DNA of 64,000 bases from an uncultured Gemmatimonadales bacterium (GCA_963842945.1 CAWJIM010000024.1:320001-384000); one strand, 5' to 3'. Numbered from the stretch's first letter, positions 44,479 to 55,908 are shown. Translations and numbers: made by a program. The notes: generated by a model not told the origin, from the sequence alone.

Positions 44479-45635
44479 GGCGACCGCGAAGCCTCCGATA
44501 GGACACCGCGGGCTCGGAGCAGCCGGATGACCTCGGCCACCGGGAGGGCCTCGACGGTTCCTCGGTTGGACGACGCGGTGGTCGCCATGAACAGAGAGTT
44601 GTAAATCGCCTCTTCGGTGGCCTCGGCGACTGCCTGAAACAATCCCGACATTGCGTCGTTGGCCAGCTCGGGCGTATTGCGCCGGAGCTCACCCGATCGG
44701 CGCCGGACCTCTGGGCTGGTGGAGAAGGCGATCACGTAATCGCCCGACCCGTTGTCCATCCAGGAGCCGGTTCGGCCTACTCCGATCAGCGCCCGGGCCC
44801 CGAGCCGGCGAAGATTTCGGTCCGAAAGAGGGGCGTCGGTCGCCACGACGATCATGATGGAACCTTTCCCTCCTTGCGCCTCGCCTCCGAGCCTGACTCC
44901 GCGGCGGTTCAACGCGCGCCCGACGGGAACACCGAGAATGTGGAGGTCGCCTCCAAAGTTGGACTGTACCAGCACCCCCACCGTCCAGCGACTGCCCGAA
45001 TCGGCAACGACTCGGGAAGAGGTGCCGATCCCGCCCTTCCAGCCAAAGGCCACAGTCCCGGCGCCGGCTCCGACACTCCCCTCCTCTACCACGCTCGAGG
45101 TGCTGGTAAGAGCCTGGCGCACATCGCCCCGGACGATGGGACGGCTCCTGATGGCGTTGAGCACATATCCGTCGTTGGTCTCACCCACGACCGGGTTGAT
45201 GGATCGCACATCGGTCATGCCGGGGCGCTCCAAGAGGAATTCCACCATGGCGTCTGCGGCTTTCCAGACGCACAGGGTACAGGTGAGAAGGATGGGCGTC
45301 TCCAGCTCACCCAGCTCGTTCACCTGGGTACTGCCGAGCAATTTGCCGAACCCATTTCCCACCACGATCGCTGCCGGAACTCGATCGAGAAACAGATTGC
45401 CCTGGTGGGGCAGGATGGCAGTGATGCCGGTGTGCACCGAATCTCCCCGGACCACAGTGGTTTGACCGACCCGCACGTCTGCTACGTCGGTAATGGAATT
45501 GGCGGCTCCGGGCTCGAGAGTTCCTGGAGCCACGCCGAGAGCGCGGGCGCGAGCGTGGGCCGGAGGTGAGGCCTGGGCCATTCCCTTGAGCGGCAACAGC
45601 AGAGCGAGAGTGGTGAGGACAAGGATGGAGATCAT
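44475..45635 (-). CDS. dmpA: DmpA-like aminopeptidase (family P1/S58), secreted
   Basis: NSITDV, NGFGK, ETPILLT, GETND, EGSVGAGAG, GS cleavage site in KGSIMIVVATDAPL, SGD. Confidence 0.88.
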   Translation of the reverse strand: MISILVLTTLALLLPLKGMAQASPPAHARARALGVAPGTLEPGAANSITDVADVRVGQTTVVRGDSVHTGITAILPHQGNLFLDRVPAAIVVGNGFGKLLGSTQVNELGELETPILLTCTLCVWKAADAMVEFLLERPGMTDVRSINPVVGETNDGYVLNAIRSRPIVRGDVRQALTSTSSVVEEGSVGAGAGTVAFGWKGGIGTSSRVVADSGSRWTVGVLVQSNFGGDLHILGVPVGRALNRRGVRLGGEAQGGKGSIMIVVATDAPLSDRNLRRLGARALIGVGRTGSWMDNGSGDYVIAFSTSPEVRRRSGELRRNTPELANDAMSGLFQAVAEATEEAIYNSLFMATTASSNRGTVEALPVAEVIRLLRARGVLSEASRSP

Positions 45636-46120
45636 GGATTGAAGGGGGGCTGCCGCAGCCCCAGCTCGACCTCGAGGCGGTCGATAAACTCCGCCTGGGC
45701 GGGGTTGATCTTTTCCCGGGCCCGCGCCGGGCTAAACCAGGCACAGCGATCTACCTCGGGAAAGGTGAGCCATCGGCCGGAGCCGCGGGGCCACTCGGTT
45801 TTCATGGTGTTGCTCGTTATCTGAGTCGGATCGGCCTCACCTTCCCAGGCCCAGGCATGCACAATTTTGCCGGCCTTCTGTCGTACCGCACCCAGTGAGA
45901 CGAAAGGTCCCTCGGGCCGAATCCCGGTTTCTTCTTGGAACTCTCGCTGCGCCGTGGTGAGAAGGTCTTCTCCGGCTTCAGCCACGCCTTTGGGTAAGGT
46001 CCAGGCGCCCGCATCTCTGGCCTTCCAGAAGGGGCCGCCCGGGTGCGCCAGGAAAATCTCCAAGCCGGCTGGCGTTCTTCGGAAGAGCAGGAGTCCCGCG
46101 CTGGGTGAGGAGCTCTTCAG
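45632..46120 (-). CDS. NUDIX hydrolase (start uncertain)
   Basis: SAGLLLFR, HPGGPFW, Nudix box PKG..E..AQREFQEETG. Confidence 0.9.
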   Translation of the reverse strand: MKSSSPSAGLLLFRRTPAGLEIFLAHPGGPFWKARDAGAWTLPKGVAEAGEDLLTTAQREFQEETGIRPEGPFVSLGAVRQKAGKIVHAWAWEGEADPTQITSNTMKTEWPRGSGRWLTFPEVDRCAWFSPARAREKINPAQAEFIDRLEVELGLRQPPFNP

Positions 46121-46803
46121 GGCTGCACTCTCGAGGCGCAGAAGTAACCGGCCGGATCAGGCAGGATGTGTTTGCTCCCCTCATCGAGGGTCACCTCCCA
46201 CCCGGGCTCCGCCTTCCACCAGCCCCAGAATCCTTCTTTCCCGACGGCCGTAATCATGAGATGTTCGGCGTGGGAATCGGGCCCGCCCCCTTCACCGAGC
46301 CTAAGATGATTGCCGGCCAGCACGGCGCCCGGGTGCGCCGGGTCTTTGGAACCGGCGTTTGGGCGCCAGGTGGTATCGCCTTGTTCGGTCACGAGCCAAC
46401 CAACCAGATCCCGCACGGCGCCGCCAACAGCATGGGCCCGCGCCGTGGAATCCAGCGGAACCAGGTGCAGACGGCCCACGCTGGTTTCCCCGGCCCTGGG
46501 CTGCGTCTGTACCTGGATCAGCTCGTAGTCACCGGCCAGGCCGAAGGCGCGGGCCGTGATCGGGTGCTCGGCCGAAGCGGGGACGGCGGGTCCACACCGC
46601 TCGGGCGCGGTAGCGGGAGCACCGGCTGAGTGGCAGCCCACGAGGCAGCTACTCAGCGCAACCAGTTGTAGGAGGCGCGACTCTGCTTCCACGGTCACCT
46701 GGGCTGAGGTCGGAGCCACGGTTTTGGGAGCCTGCTGACGAGATTCCGTCCCGGCCAGGATGGAACCGACTCGAACGTACGCGGATTGAGGGCTGTTGGC
46801 CAT
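46117..46803 (-). CDS. Hypothetical (probable lipoprotein; true start may be internal)
   Basis: CLVGC lipobox-like segment; C-terminal GYFCA. Confidence 0.5.
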   Translation of the reverse strand: MANSPQSAYVRVGSILAGTESRQQAPKTVAPTSAQVTVEAESRLLQLVALSSCLVGCHSAGAPATAPERCGPAVPASAEHPITARAFGLAGDYELIQVQTQPRAGETSVGRLHLVPLDSTARAHAVGGAVRDLVGWLVTEQGDTTWRPNAGSKDPAHPGAVLAGNHLRLGEGGGPDSHAEHLMITAVGKEGFWGWWKAEPGWEVTLDEGSKHILPDPAGYFCASRVQP

Positions 46804-46873
46804 AGCGCGAGCAATGGCCCACAGCCCAAAAGAGTGGTAGGCTTAGAGGAGATTCCTCTGACCTGAAGCAATT

Positions 46874-48550
46874 ATGAACACGCGACGTCTGTTGGGCCGC
46901 CGGCCCTCGACACCTGTCCGGACCACCGCATCACGCCCGGGGCAGAGTCTCCCCTCCGAAATGTTCGGACAGACCTGCCGCCGGGTAGGCATCGTCAGCA
47001 TTGTCTTCGCGTCACTCTGGGCCATCACCCTCTTCCTGAACAATATCGTGGCCGGCTGGCTGGGCGAGATGGCGTTCATGCAGTACCTCTGGCCCTTTCC
47101 CGGCAATCTGGTTGCCACGATCGGCGTCGCGAGCTCACTCGGGATGACGTGGCTGGCTCATCGTCTGAGTGGCAAACCGATGCTCCTGGAAGTGGGCGCC
47201 GGCTTTTTGGTCCTCCAATGCCTGCTGATTGCGATCCTGAGCCAGTGGGCGCCAGTTCCCATCTCCCCCCGGATCTCCTGGGTCTGCATCCCGATTCTGT
47301 TCTATCCCGCGATCGTCCCGAACACGCCGAGGAGGACGTTGATAACATCCTTACTCGCTGCTTCGATGGAGCCGGTTGCGCTGGTGCTGAGCCACCTTCG
47401 AGGAGCCCAAGTTCAGCTCAACGCATTCTACATCCTGTGGGACTTCCTCCCCACCTACATCTGCGCCTTTCTCGTGGTCATTCCCGTCAAGATCATTCAC
47501 GGCCTGGGCCAGCAGGTCCGGCGGGCTCGGGAACTGGGGAGCTATCGGCTGGAGGAGCCCCTGGGCAAGGGCGGAATGGGGGAGGTCTTCAAGGCAACCC
47601 ATCAGATGCTGGCCCGGCCTGCGGCGGTGAAGCTCATCCGCTCGGAGCTGCTCGGTTCGAGCTCGCCCAGCGCGGCCAGAGTCATCATCGAACGATTCCG
47701 GCGGGAAGCGGAAGCCGCTGCCTCACTCCGGTCGCCGCACACCATCAATTTGTACGACTTCGGCATCTCTCAGGATGGAACTTTCTTCCTCGTAATGGAG
47801 CTCCTCGATGGTCTCGACCTGGAGACGCTGATCGAGCGGTACGGTCCTCTACCGGCAGAGCGGGTGGTGTATCTGCTGCGGCAGGCCTGTGAGTCGCTGG
47901 CCGAAGCCCACGCGCGAGGCCTGATCCACCGAGACATAAAGCCATCCAACATTTTTACCTGCCGGATGGGGCTGGATGTGGACTTCGTGAAGGTTCTCGA
48001 CTTCGGTCTGGTCAAGGCCATGGGAGAAGGAGACCGGGAGTCCACGATGCTCACCGAACCCGACAGCACTACCGGGACGCCGGCCTATATCGCGCCTGAG
48101 GTGATTCGGGGCGATCGAGTGCCGGACCACAGGGTGGACATCTATACCCTCGGCTGTGTGGGCTACTGGCTGCTGACCGGCCGGCTGGTGTTCCAGGCAC
48201 CCAACGCAATCCGGCTCATGTATCAGCACGCGAACGCACAGCCGGTTGCCCCTTCGCAGCGGAGCGAGCTGGAGGTCCCGGCAGATCTGGACCGCATCAT
48301 TCTGGCTTGCCTGGCCAAACTGCCTGAAGACCGTCCCCAGTCGGCGCACGAACTTTCCCGGTTGCTGGCGGCGTCGGCTGCAGGGAACGGGTGGACCGAA
48401 GAGCAGGCCCACCGCTGGTGGGACCGGCACCATCCCGCTTCCGCCGGCCTCCGGTCCACGGAAGCGCGGCAGCAGGTGCTCACCAAGACCATGGACCTGG
48501 AGTGGGAACCCGTGACCACCCCGGCACCGGGGCTGGGCTCAGCCTCGTGA
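46874..48550 (+). CDS. Membrane-anchored Hanks-type Ser/Thr protein kinase
   Basis: About 6 N-terminal TM helices; GKGGMGEV, AVK, HRDIKPSN, DFG, GTPAYIAPE. Confidence 0.95.
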   Translation: MNTRRLLGRRPSTPVRTTASRPGQSLPSEMFGQTCRRVGIVSIVFASLWAITLFLNNIVAGWLGEMAFMQYLWPFPGNLVATIGVASSLGMTWLAHRLSGKPMLLEVGAGFLVLQCLLIAILSQWAPVPISPRISWVCIPILFYPAIVPNTPRRTLITSLLAASMEPVALVLSHLRGAQVQLNAFYILWDFLPTYICAFLVVIPVKIIHGLGQQVRRARELGSYRLEEPLGKGGMGEVFKATHQMLARPAAVKLIRSELLGSSSPSAARVIIERFRREAEAAASLRSPHTINLYDFGISQDGTFFLVMELLDGLDLETLIERYGPLPAERVVYLLRQACESLAEAHARGLIHRDIKPSNIFTCRMGLDVDFVKVLDFGLVKAMGEGDRESTMLTEPDSTTGTPAYIAPEVIRGDRVPDHRVDIYTLGCVGYWLLTGRLVFQAPNAIRLMYQHANAQPVAPSQRSELEVPADLDRIILACLAKLPEDRPQSAHELSRLLAASAAGNGWTEEQAHRWWDRHHPASAGLRSTEARQQVLTKTMDLEWEPVTTPAPGLGSAS

Positions 48551-48609
48551 CGCTCTTCCCTTCCCGCTGAACGATTCCATGACCGCCGGACGCCTGGCCG
48601 CCAGAGGTC

Positions 48610-50028
48610 ATGACCGGGCCGGGACCGCTGGATCGCGCGCTTCGCCTCTTCGCCGACGTTCGCGCGGGCGAAGGCGGAACCGCGTTGCTGCTCGCCCTCA
48701 ACGTCTTCCTCATCTGTCTCGCCTACTACTTCATAAAGCCGATTCGCGAGGCGCTGATCCTGTCGGGCGAGGGAGCGGAGGTGAAGTCGTACGCCGCCGC
48801 CGGGCAGGCGCTCCTGCTTCTGATCCTGGTGCCTGCCTACGGCCTGCTGGCGGATCGGTTGCCCCGCCGCGGGTTGCTGAACGCGGTCACGGCGTTCTTC
48901 GTGGTCTGCCTGATTGGGTTCTATGGTCTCACCCAGGCCGGGTCTCCGTGGGGGTGGTGTTTTTCCTCTGGGTTGGGATCTTCAATTCGATGATCGTGGC
49001 TCAGTTCTGGTCCTTCGCCAACGACATCTACACCAAGGAACAAGGCGAGCGGCTCTTTGCCATCGTGGCGTTCGGGGGATCACTGGGAGCCGTGCTGGCC
49101 AGCGTCGTGGCCGGCAAACTCATTCCGCTGATCGGCGTTCCCCAGCTCTTGCTGGCCGCCGCGGGACTCCTGATCCTGGCCAGCGGTGCTCAGCAACGTG
49201 GTCGACGCCCGGGAACGGGCCCGGCACGAAACCCATCTGCCGGTGCACCTCACCACCGCGGAGATCCCGGCAGCAACCGGTGAATACCAGATCCATATCG
49301 GTCGAGGACGTAAAGAAGCTGACCGTGTCCCTGCCCGGCACCGGACCGACTTCGCGCAAGGGGACCTTCCGGCTCGTATTTCAGGACCGATATCTCCTGC
49401 TGATTGCCTTTCTGGCCTTGGTCCTGAACTGGGTAAACTCCACGGGGGAGTACATCCTGGGCCGGACGGTGGAAGGAGCGGCGCAGGCTGCGGTGGCGGC
49501 GGGTACAGCCGGGGGACTCTCGGTCCCGGAATACATCGGCCAGTTCTACTCCGAGTTTTTCTTTGCGCGTCGAATCTGGTCGGGCTCACGGTCCAGCTCT
49601 TCCTGGTGTCACGGTTGCTGAAATACTTGGGGGTCCGGAGTGGCGATCATGGTCCTCCCCGATCATCGCACTCTTCGGCTACGCCGTCCTGGCGTTCGTC
49701 CCGATTCTGGCGCTGGTCCGAGTGGTGAAGATCGCGAGAGAACGCCACCGACTACTCGATGCAGAACACCGTACGCAACGTGCTCTTTCTTCCCACCAGC
49801 CGCGACCAGAAGTACAAAGCCAAGCAGGCCATCGATTCCTTTTTCGTTCGAGGTGGTGACGTGCTCTCCGCCGCCCTGGTCTACGCAGGCACCACGTGGC
49901 TGGCGCTCGGACCCACCGGCTTTGCCCGGGTGAACCTGGTCCTGGCGGTAGTGTGGGTGTTGCTCGCAGTGGCGATCGGACGGGAGTATGGACGCAAGTC
50001 GAGAGCGCAGCAGACCAGCGCGCGCTAG
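48610..50028 (+). CDS. NTT/TLC (ATP/ADP translocase-like) MFS transporter, multiply frameshifted
   Basis: AYYFIKPIREAL, QFWSFANDIY..QGERLF, DYSMQNTVRNVLFLP..KYKAKQAIDSFFVRGGD. Confidence 0.85.
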
Positions 50029-51200
50029 TGACACGACTCTGGTCCTGGCTCGTCGTCGGCCTGGCTACGGCCGCATGCGGCGGCCCGCCACCAGCCGCAG
50101 CCCCAGTCCCGCAGATCTCGCCGCAAGCGATTGCCACCCGGATTTACCTCATCGGAGACGCGGGAGACCCCCGGGCTGGCGGTGAGCCTGTGCTCGAGGC
50201 ATTGAGCCGAGACCTTGCGGCGCAGCGAATGGAGACCGTTGTCGTTTTCCTGGGCGACAACGTCTACCCCAAAGGTCTGCCCGCGCCCCAGGATCCGGAG
50301 CGGGCCGAAGCAGAGCGCCGCCTCCGGACCCAGCTCCAGGTTGTCGAGCGGGCCGGCGTCAAAGGCTACTTCGTGCTCGGGAATCACGATTGGGACAGGT
50401 TTGGGAAGGGTGGATGGGAGGCCGCCCTCCGGCAGGAGCGCTACATCGACTCCGCGGGTCGTGGATACGCCACGCTCAAACCGGGAGGAGGTTGTCCTGG
50501 GCCCAGCATCGTCGATATCGGGACCCGGGTGCGGCTGCTGCTGCTCGACACTCAATGGTGGCTCCATGGAGCCGCCAAACCGGTGGACCCCACCTCGAGC
50601 TGCCCGGCGGACAGCGAGCAGGAAATCGTTGACTCTCTCCGCAGCGCCATTCAGAATGCCGGTACCCGAATGACGCTGGTCGCGGCCCACCACCCGCTGG
50701 CCAGCGGCGGGCCCCATGGCGGACACTTCGGATGGGAGGACCACATCTTTCCTCTGCGGCTGGTAAAACCCTGGTTGTGGCTCCCGCTGCCCTTCATCGG
50801 ATCGCTGTATCCCTCGGCGCGACAACACGGGGTGTCCAGCCAGGATATGTCGTCTCGCGCCTATCAGCGGCTCATCGCTGCGTTCCGGCGGGCGTTCTCC
50901 GGCCAGTCTCCGGACCTGTACGCCGCGGGACATGAGCACAACCTTGAGGTCATAGCCGGCGGCCCGGTCCGGCTGGAGCTGGTGAGCGGCGGCGGGATCT
51001 ACCAGCACACCGACAAAGCGGCCAACATTCCGGGGAACCCTGTTCGCGAAAGAGGCAAGTGGGTTCGCTCGATTGGATGTGCCGTCTGCCGGACCGGCTC
51101 GACTGGCGGTGCTCACGGTAACGGCCGACGGCCAGAGTCACGAGGCCTATTCTACCTGGGTAAAGTGAAGCGATGCCCCATTGCCGAGTGCTGTTCCTGA
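50028..51200 (+). CDS. Calcineurin-like metallophosphoesterase lipoprotein
   Basis: ATAAC lipobox; GDAG, GDNVY, GNHDW, HHP, AGHEH. Confidence 0.9.
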   Translation: MTRLWSWLVVGLATAACGGPPPAAAPVPQISPQAIATRIYLIGDAGDPRAGGEPVLEALSRDLAAQRMETVVVFLGDNVYPKGLPAPQDPERAEAERRLRTQLQVVERAGVKGYFVLGNHDWDRFGKGGWEAALRQERYIDSAGRGYATLKPGGGCPGPSIVDIGTRVRLLLLDTQWWLHGAAKPVDPTSSCPADSEQEIVDSLRSAIQNAGTRMTLVAAHHPLASGGPHGGHFGWEDHIFPLRLVKPWLWLPLPFIGSLYPSARQHGVSSQDMSSRAYQRLIAAFRRAFSGQSPDLYAAGHEHNLEVIAGGPVRLELVSGGGIYQHTDKAANIPGNPVRERGKWVRSIGCAVCRTGSTGGAHGNGRRPESRGLFYLGKVKRCPIAECCS

Positions 51201-53727
51201 GTCTCACGGCGGCCCTGATCGGCTCGACGGCAGTCGCTCAGACCAGCCGCCAGAAGAGACACGCTGGTTGCAGCCGGGCCCCAGTACGGTGCGAGCGGGC
51301 TGCACGAACTCATGCTCGGCCGGGAGTACCGGTCGCTGTGGACCACCCCGATCTCGGTGGCCGTCCTCGATCTGGGCAGCTTTGCCGGAGGGCTCCGACC
51401 GGTCTCGAAAGGCGGCGGTTACCAGACCAAGTCGCTGCTGCTGGTCGGTGCGGACGGTCGCGAGTTTTTCTTCCGGTCCGTCGACAAGGATCCCTCAGCC
51501 ACCTTGCCGCTCGAGCTCCGGCCCACCGTAGCCGGGAGCGTGGTGCGGGACCAGACCAGCTCCGCCTTCCCCACCGCTCCCCTGGTTGTGGATCGGCTGC
51601 TTCGGGCAGCCAGGATTCCACACGGCGATCAACGGCTGTATGTCCTCCCCGAGACCCGCGCCTGGGCGAGTTCCAGGCCGAGTTTGCCGGTGTGATGGGG
51701 TTTCTGGAAGAACGGATCGGCGGGTCCAGCGGTACCGGCTGCGAGGTGGGGCGGCGCCAGCGAGATCATCGGCAGTGACAGTCTCTTTGCCCGAACCAGC
51801 CGGAGCGCGGATGACCGGGTGGATACCCGGGCACTGCTCAAGGCCAGGCTGTTCGATGTCCTGATAGGCGACTGGGATCGCCACTCCGACCAGTGGGTCT
51901 GGGCCCGGTACAACGACAAGGTTCCTCGAGTGTGGGTTCCGATTCCCCGAGACCGGGACCAGGCCTTCGCCAAATACGATGGGCTGCTCCTCTCGGTGGC
52001 CCGGACCAATTCGCCGATTCTCACCAATTTCGGGCCTAAATACCCCTATCTCCCGGGCGCCACCTGGAACGGCCGGGATCTCGATCGCCGTTTCCTGGTC
52101 GAGCTCGAATGGCCGGAATGGCAATCGGCAGTTGTCGCCCTGCAAGCCAGCCTGACCGACTCAGTCATTGCACGATGCCGTACAGGCCCTCCCGCCCGAA
52201 CACCTCGCCATCCAGGGTGAGACGCTCAGAGCGGCACTGCGCCGGAGGCGGAATGACCTGCCCAAGGCCGCGGAGAAGTACTATCGCCTGCTCGGCGAGC
52301 AGGTCGACGTCCATGCGACCGCGCAATCGGACCAGGCGCAATTCACTCGGGTCGGCAAAGACACGGCTGAGCTCACACTGTCCCGGTCTGATGGGAGCGG
52401 GCCCTCGGCTCCGTACTATCGGCGTCGGTTCGACTCCCACACCACCAAGGAGGTTCGGGTCTTCCTGGGAGCAGGAGACGACGGCATGACGGTGAGTGGG
52501 CCGGCCACTGAGGGACCGATGCTCAGAGCGCTGGGTGAGGACGGACGAGATCGGCTGGTGGACTCGAGCAGGTCGAATCGGGAGAAATTCTATGACGACA
52601 GCACCGGGCCGGCCCACACCCAGGGCTTTGCCACAGGAGTAGACCGCCGCCCCGATATCACACCTCACCCGAGCGAGAATGAGCTGCCGCCCCGTGACTG
52701 GGGCCAGCGCTGGATTCCCTACACCTGGGCAAGCTACGGACCGGACATCGGCCTCTTCATCGGTGGTGGCCGCATCCTGACCGTCTATGGTTTTCGAAAA
52801 TATCCCTACTCGAGCCGGCACCGGTTCCTCGCGGGGATCGCGACGGGACCCTGGACGTACCGGCTGGACTACCACGGCGATTTCCGACGGGAGGATTCGA
52901 GAACCCATTTCGAGCTGTTCGCCCGCGCGTCCGGAGTTGAGGTCATCAGCTTTCATGGCTTTGGGAATGAAATCCCAGCTCCGGGCGATAACGAGTTCTA
53001 TCGGGTGACCCAGGACGCGTACGGAATGCTCCCTTTGATGGCATTTTCCGTCGGGCCGCACTCGGAGATCCAGCTGGGTCCGCTCCTGAAGTACGCGTCG
53101 ACCGACAACCGGCCGGACCGATTCCTCGCCACGCTGGGCGATCTCTATGGCACCGGAAACTTCGGAGAGCTCGGTGGCAGGCTTACCCTCCGGCACGATA
53201 CCCGCGATCGGGAGCAAGCGGCGCAACGGGGTTTGTACCTCGAGCTGACCGGGACCTTGTACCCGGCTCTGTGGGACGTGGACAGCGTCTTCGGCGAAGT
53301 GCACGGTGAGGCCCGGACGTTTCTTACTGCCCACGCGCCGCTCGACCCCACCCTGGCGCTTCGGGTAGGCGGCAAGAAGGTCTGGGGGCAGTATCCGTTT
53401 TTCGAGGCCGCGTTCATCGGCGGCGCCTCGACCGTGCGGCTGGGCAAAGTGAATCGCTACGCCGGCGACGCGTCGGCCTACGGCTCGGCCGAGCTGCGAC
53501 TGGCCCTGGCGCGCTTCGAGTTGATTCTTCCTACCCAGCTCGGCGTTTTTGGATTGGCCGACGTGGGCCGAGTCTACCTCGCCGGCGAGAGCTCCGACAC
53601 CTGGCATTCCGCCTTCGGTGGCGGGCTTTCCCTTTCTTATCTGCAGCGGGCCTACACCTTCTCAGTCGCGATGGCGGCGGGGGACGAACGTACCGCCGTC
53701 TATGTCCAGGCCGGCTTCGGATTCTGA
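51173..53727 (+). CDS. Omp85/BamA-family outer membrane protein with N-terminal atypical kinase-like domain, frameshifted
   Basis: Signal peptide (AVA-Q); GGGYQT, FRSVDK, GDWDRHSDQW, PIPRDRDQAF; C-terminal barrel with IGGASTVRL lid-loop variant, ADVGRV and terminal F. Confidence 0.8.
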
Positions 53728-55908
53728 CGCGCGAGCCGCGTCGGCTGCCGCCCTGGCGGCAACCGTCATCATTACCCTCCAGCTCGCCGGCAAAGCGACT
53801 CGTGATGCGCTCTTCCTCTCGAGCTTCGGCGTAGCAGCACTGCCGGCGATTGTCATCGCCGCCGCGGCCCTTTCCGCAATTCTTGGCGATCCTGATTGCC
53901 GGGTTCATGGCGCGGAGCCAGCCGGCTCGTCTGGTCCCGCGACTATATGCCCTTAGCGCAGCCCTGGTGCTGGCGGAATGGGCCCTGGTCGGCTCAGCCC
54001 GAAAGGGTGCCGCTATTCTCGTCTATCTCCACTTCACCGCAATCGGTGCGATTCTGGTCTCCGGGTTCTGGGCCATTATCAACGAACGGTTCGACCCCAG
54101 AACGGCTCGCCGCACCATCGGGCGGATCACTGCCGGCGGATCGATCGGAGGACTCCTGGGCGGGCTGCTGCCCGAGCGAGTCGGGTCCATGTTGTCGCTG
54201 AACGCCATGCTCCCGGTGCTCGCCGTCCTGCACCTGCTCGCTGGCGTACTGGTGATGGGAGTGGGGCGCGTCGCAAATCCGCAGCCGTCGCCAGGTGAAG
54301 GAGCCGAAACCGAGCCGCTGGTGAGCGGTGGGCGGGTGCTGCGCGGCTCACCTACCTCCTGGGAATTGCTTTGCTGGTCACGCTCACGTCCTCGGCCGAG
54401 GGGGTTCTCGACTACGTGTTCAAGGCCCGAGCGAGTGCGGTCACCAACAGCGGAGAGCAGCTGCTTCGATTCTTTGCGGCCTTCTACACCGCCACGGCGC
54501 TCATCGGGATTTTCATTCAGGTCACCGCACTGCGGCCCTTGCTGGGAAGACTCGGCGTCGCCCGCAGTGCATCGCTCCTGCCGGCTGGCGTGAGTCTCGG
54601 CGCCGTCGGCGCTCTGCTTGCGCCCGGTGTGCTGGCCATTGCCCTGGCCCGGGGCACCGAAGTGGTCCTGCGGAGCTCGGTGTTCCGCGGGGCCTATGAG
54701 CTGCTCTTCACTCCGGTCGCGCCACTGGAGAAGCGGGCCACCAAGCTGTTGCTGGATGTGGGCGCCGCACGAGTGGGAGATATCCTGGGCGGCGGACTGA
54801 TTCTGGGCGCCCTGGCGCTGACCAGCGGTGGGGCGGGACGGCTGCTGCTGGGTCTGACCGTGCTGCTGTCCGCTCTGGCCCTCGTCGTCGCTCGCCGGCT
54901 TCACCTCGGCTACGTCGCGGCGCTCGAGGGAAGCATCCATCGGCAGGCGGGACCGCTCCCCGATCCGACCGAAGATGACGCAGCGGCCTGGCTGCAAACC
55001 GTTGGAGGGTTCGATCTGAGCGGGATCCGGTCCCGCCTGGCCATCCCGACCGACTCAAAGTATGTCGCAGAGCCATCGGTCCGACGAGCCGCTCCAGCGG
55101 TCATCGAAACGCCTCTGGATCAGGTGATTCACCACGGCAGTGCCGAAGAGGTGAACCAAGCTCTGGCCGGAACCACTCCGGCAGCCGACCAGGTCGGAAA
55201 TATCATCGAGCTTCTGGCCTGGGATGCGGTGGCTCCGGCGGCCATCGTGTCATTGCGACGGGTGGCTTCGTCTCAAACCGACCTTCTCCTCCGGCGACTG
55301 CTGGACCCGGACGAGGACTTTGCCATCAGACGAAGGCTGGTCAACGTGCTCGCCGGCGCGCCAAGCCCCGAGGGCGTTCAACGGACTTCTCCAGGCGTTG
55401 AATGACCGGCGCTTCGAGGTGCGGTACCGGGCCGGACGGGCTCTCAGCCGTATGGCCGGTGAGATCCGGAATGTTTCGGTGGACCGGGCCATACATTCTC
55501 GGCGTGATCGAGAAGGAAATAGGGGTGGAACGCGGGGTGTGGGAGAGCCGGCAGCTGATCGACTCGGCGGAAGAGGAGCGGTCTCCGATGGAAGTCGAGG
55601 TGCTGCGGGATCGGGTCAGCCGCAGTCTGGAGCACCTCTTCACGCTGTTGTCCCTCATTCTGCCGAGAGAGACACTGCGACTGGCTTTTCACGCCTTACA
55701 CACCGACGATGCCTACCTCCGCGGTACTGCGCTGGAATATCTGGAAACGGTGCTTCCCGGGTCGGTGTGGAGCAAACTGACGCCGTTGCTGGAACGGGGA
55801 GACGAAGCCGCTTCCAGAACCAGGGGCTCGGCGGCGGCGTTGGAGGATCTCCTGGCCTCGAGAGAGTCGATCAGCCTGGCCCTGGCCGCGGCGCGGCGAC
55901 GGCAGTGA
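53702..55908 (+). CDS. Second NTT/TLC-like MFS transporter with C-terminal HEAT-like repeats, frameshifted
   Basis: GKATRDALFL, GFWAIINERFDPR, LDYVFK, YELLFTPV..KRATKLLLDV..RVGD; C-terminal DRRFEVRYRAGRAL, LRGTALEYLE. Confidence 0.8.
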
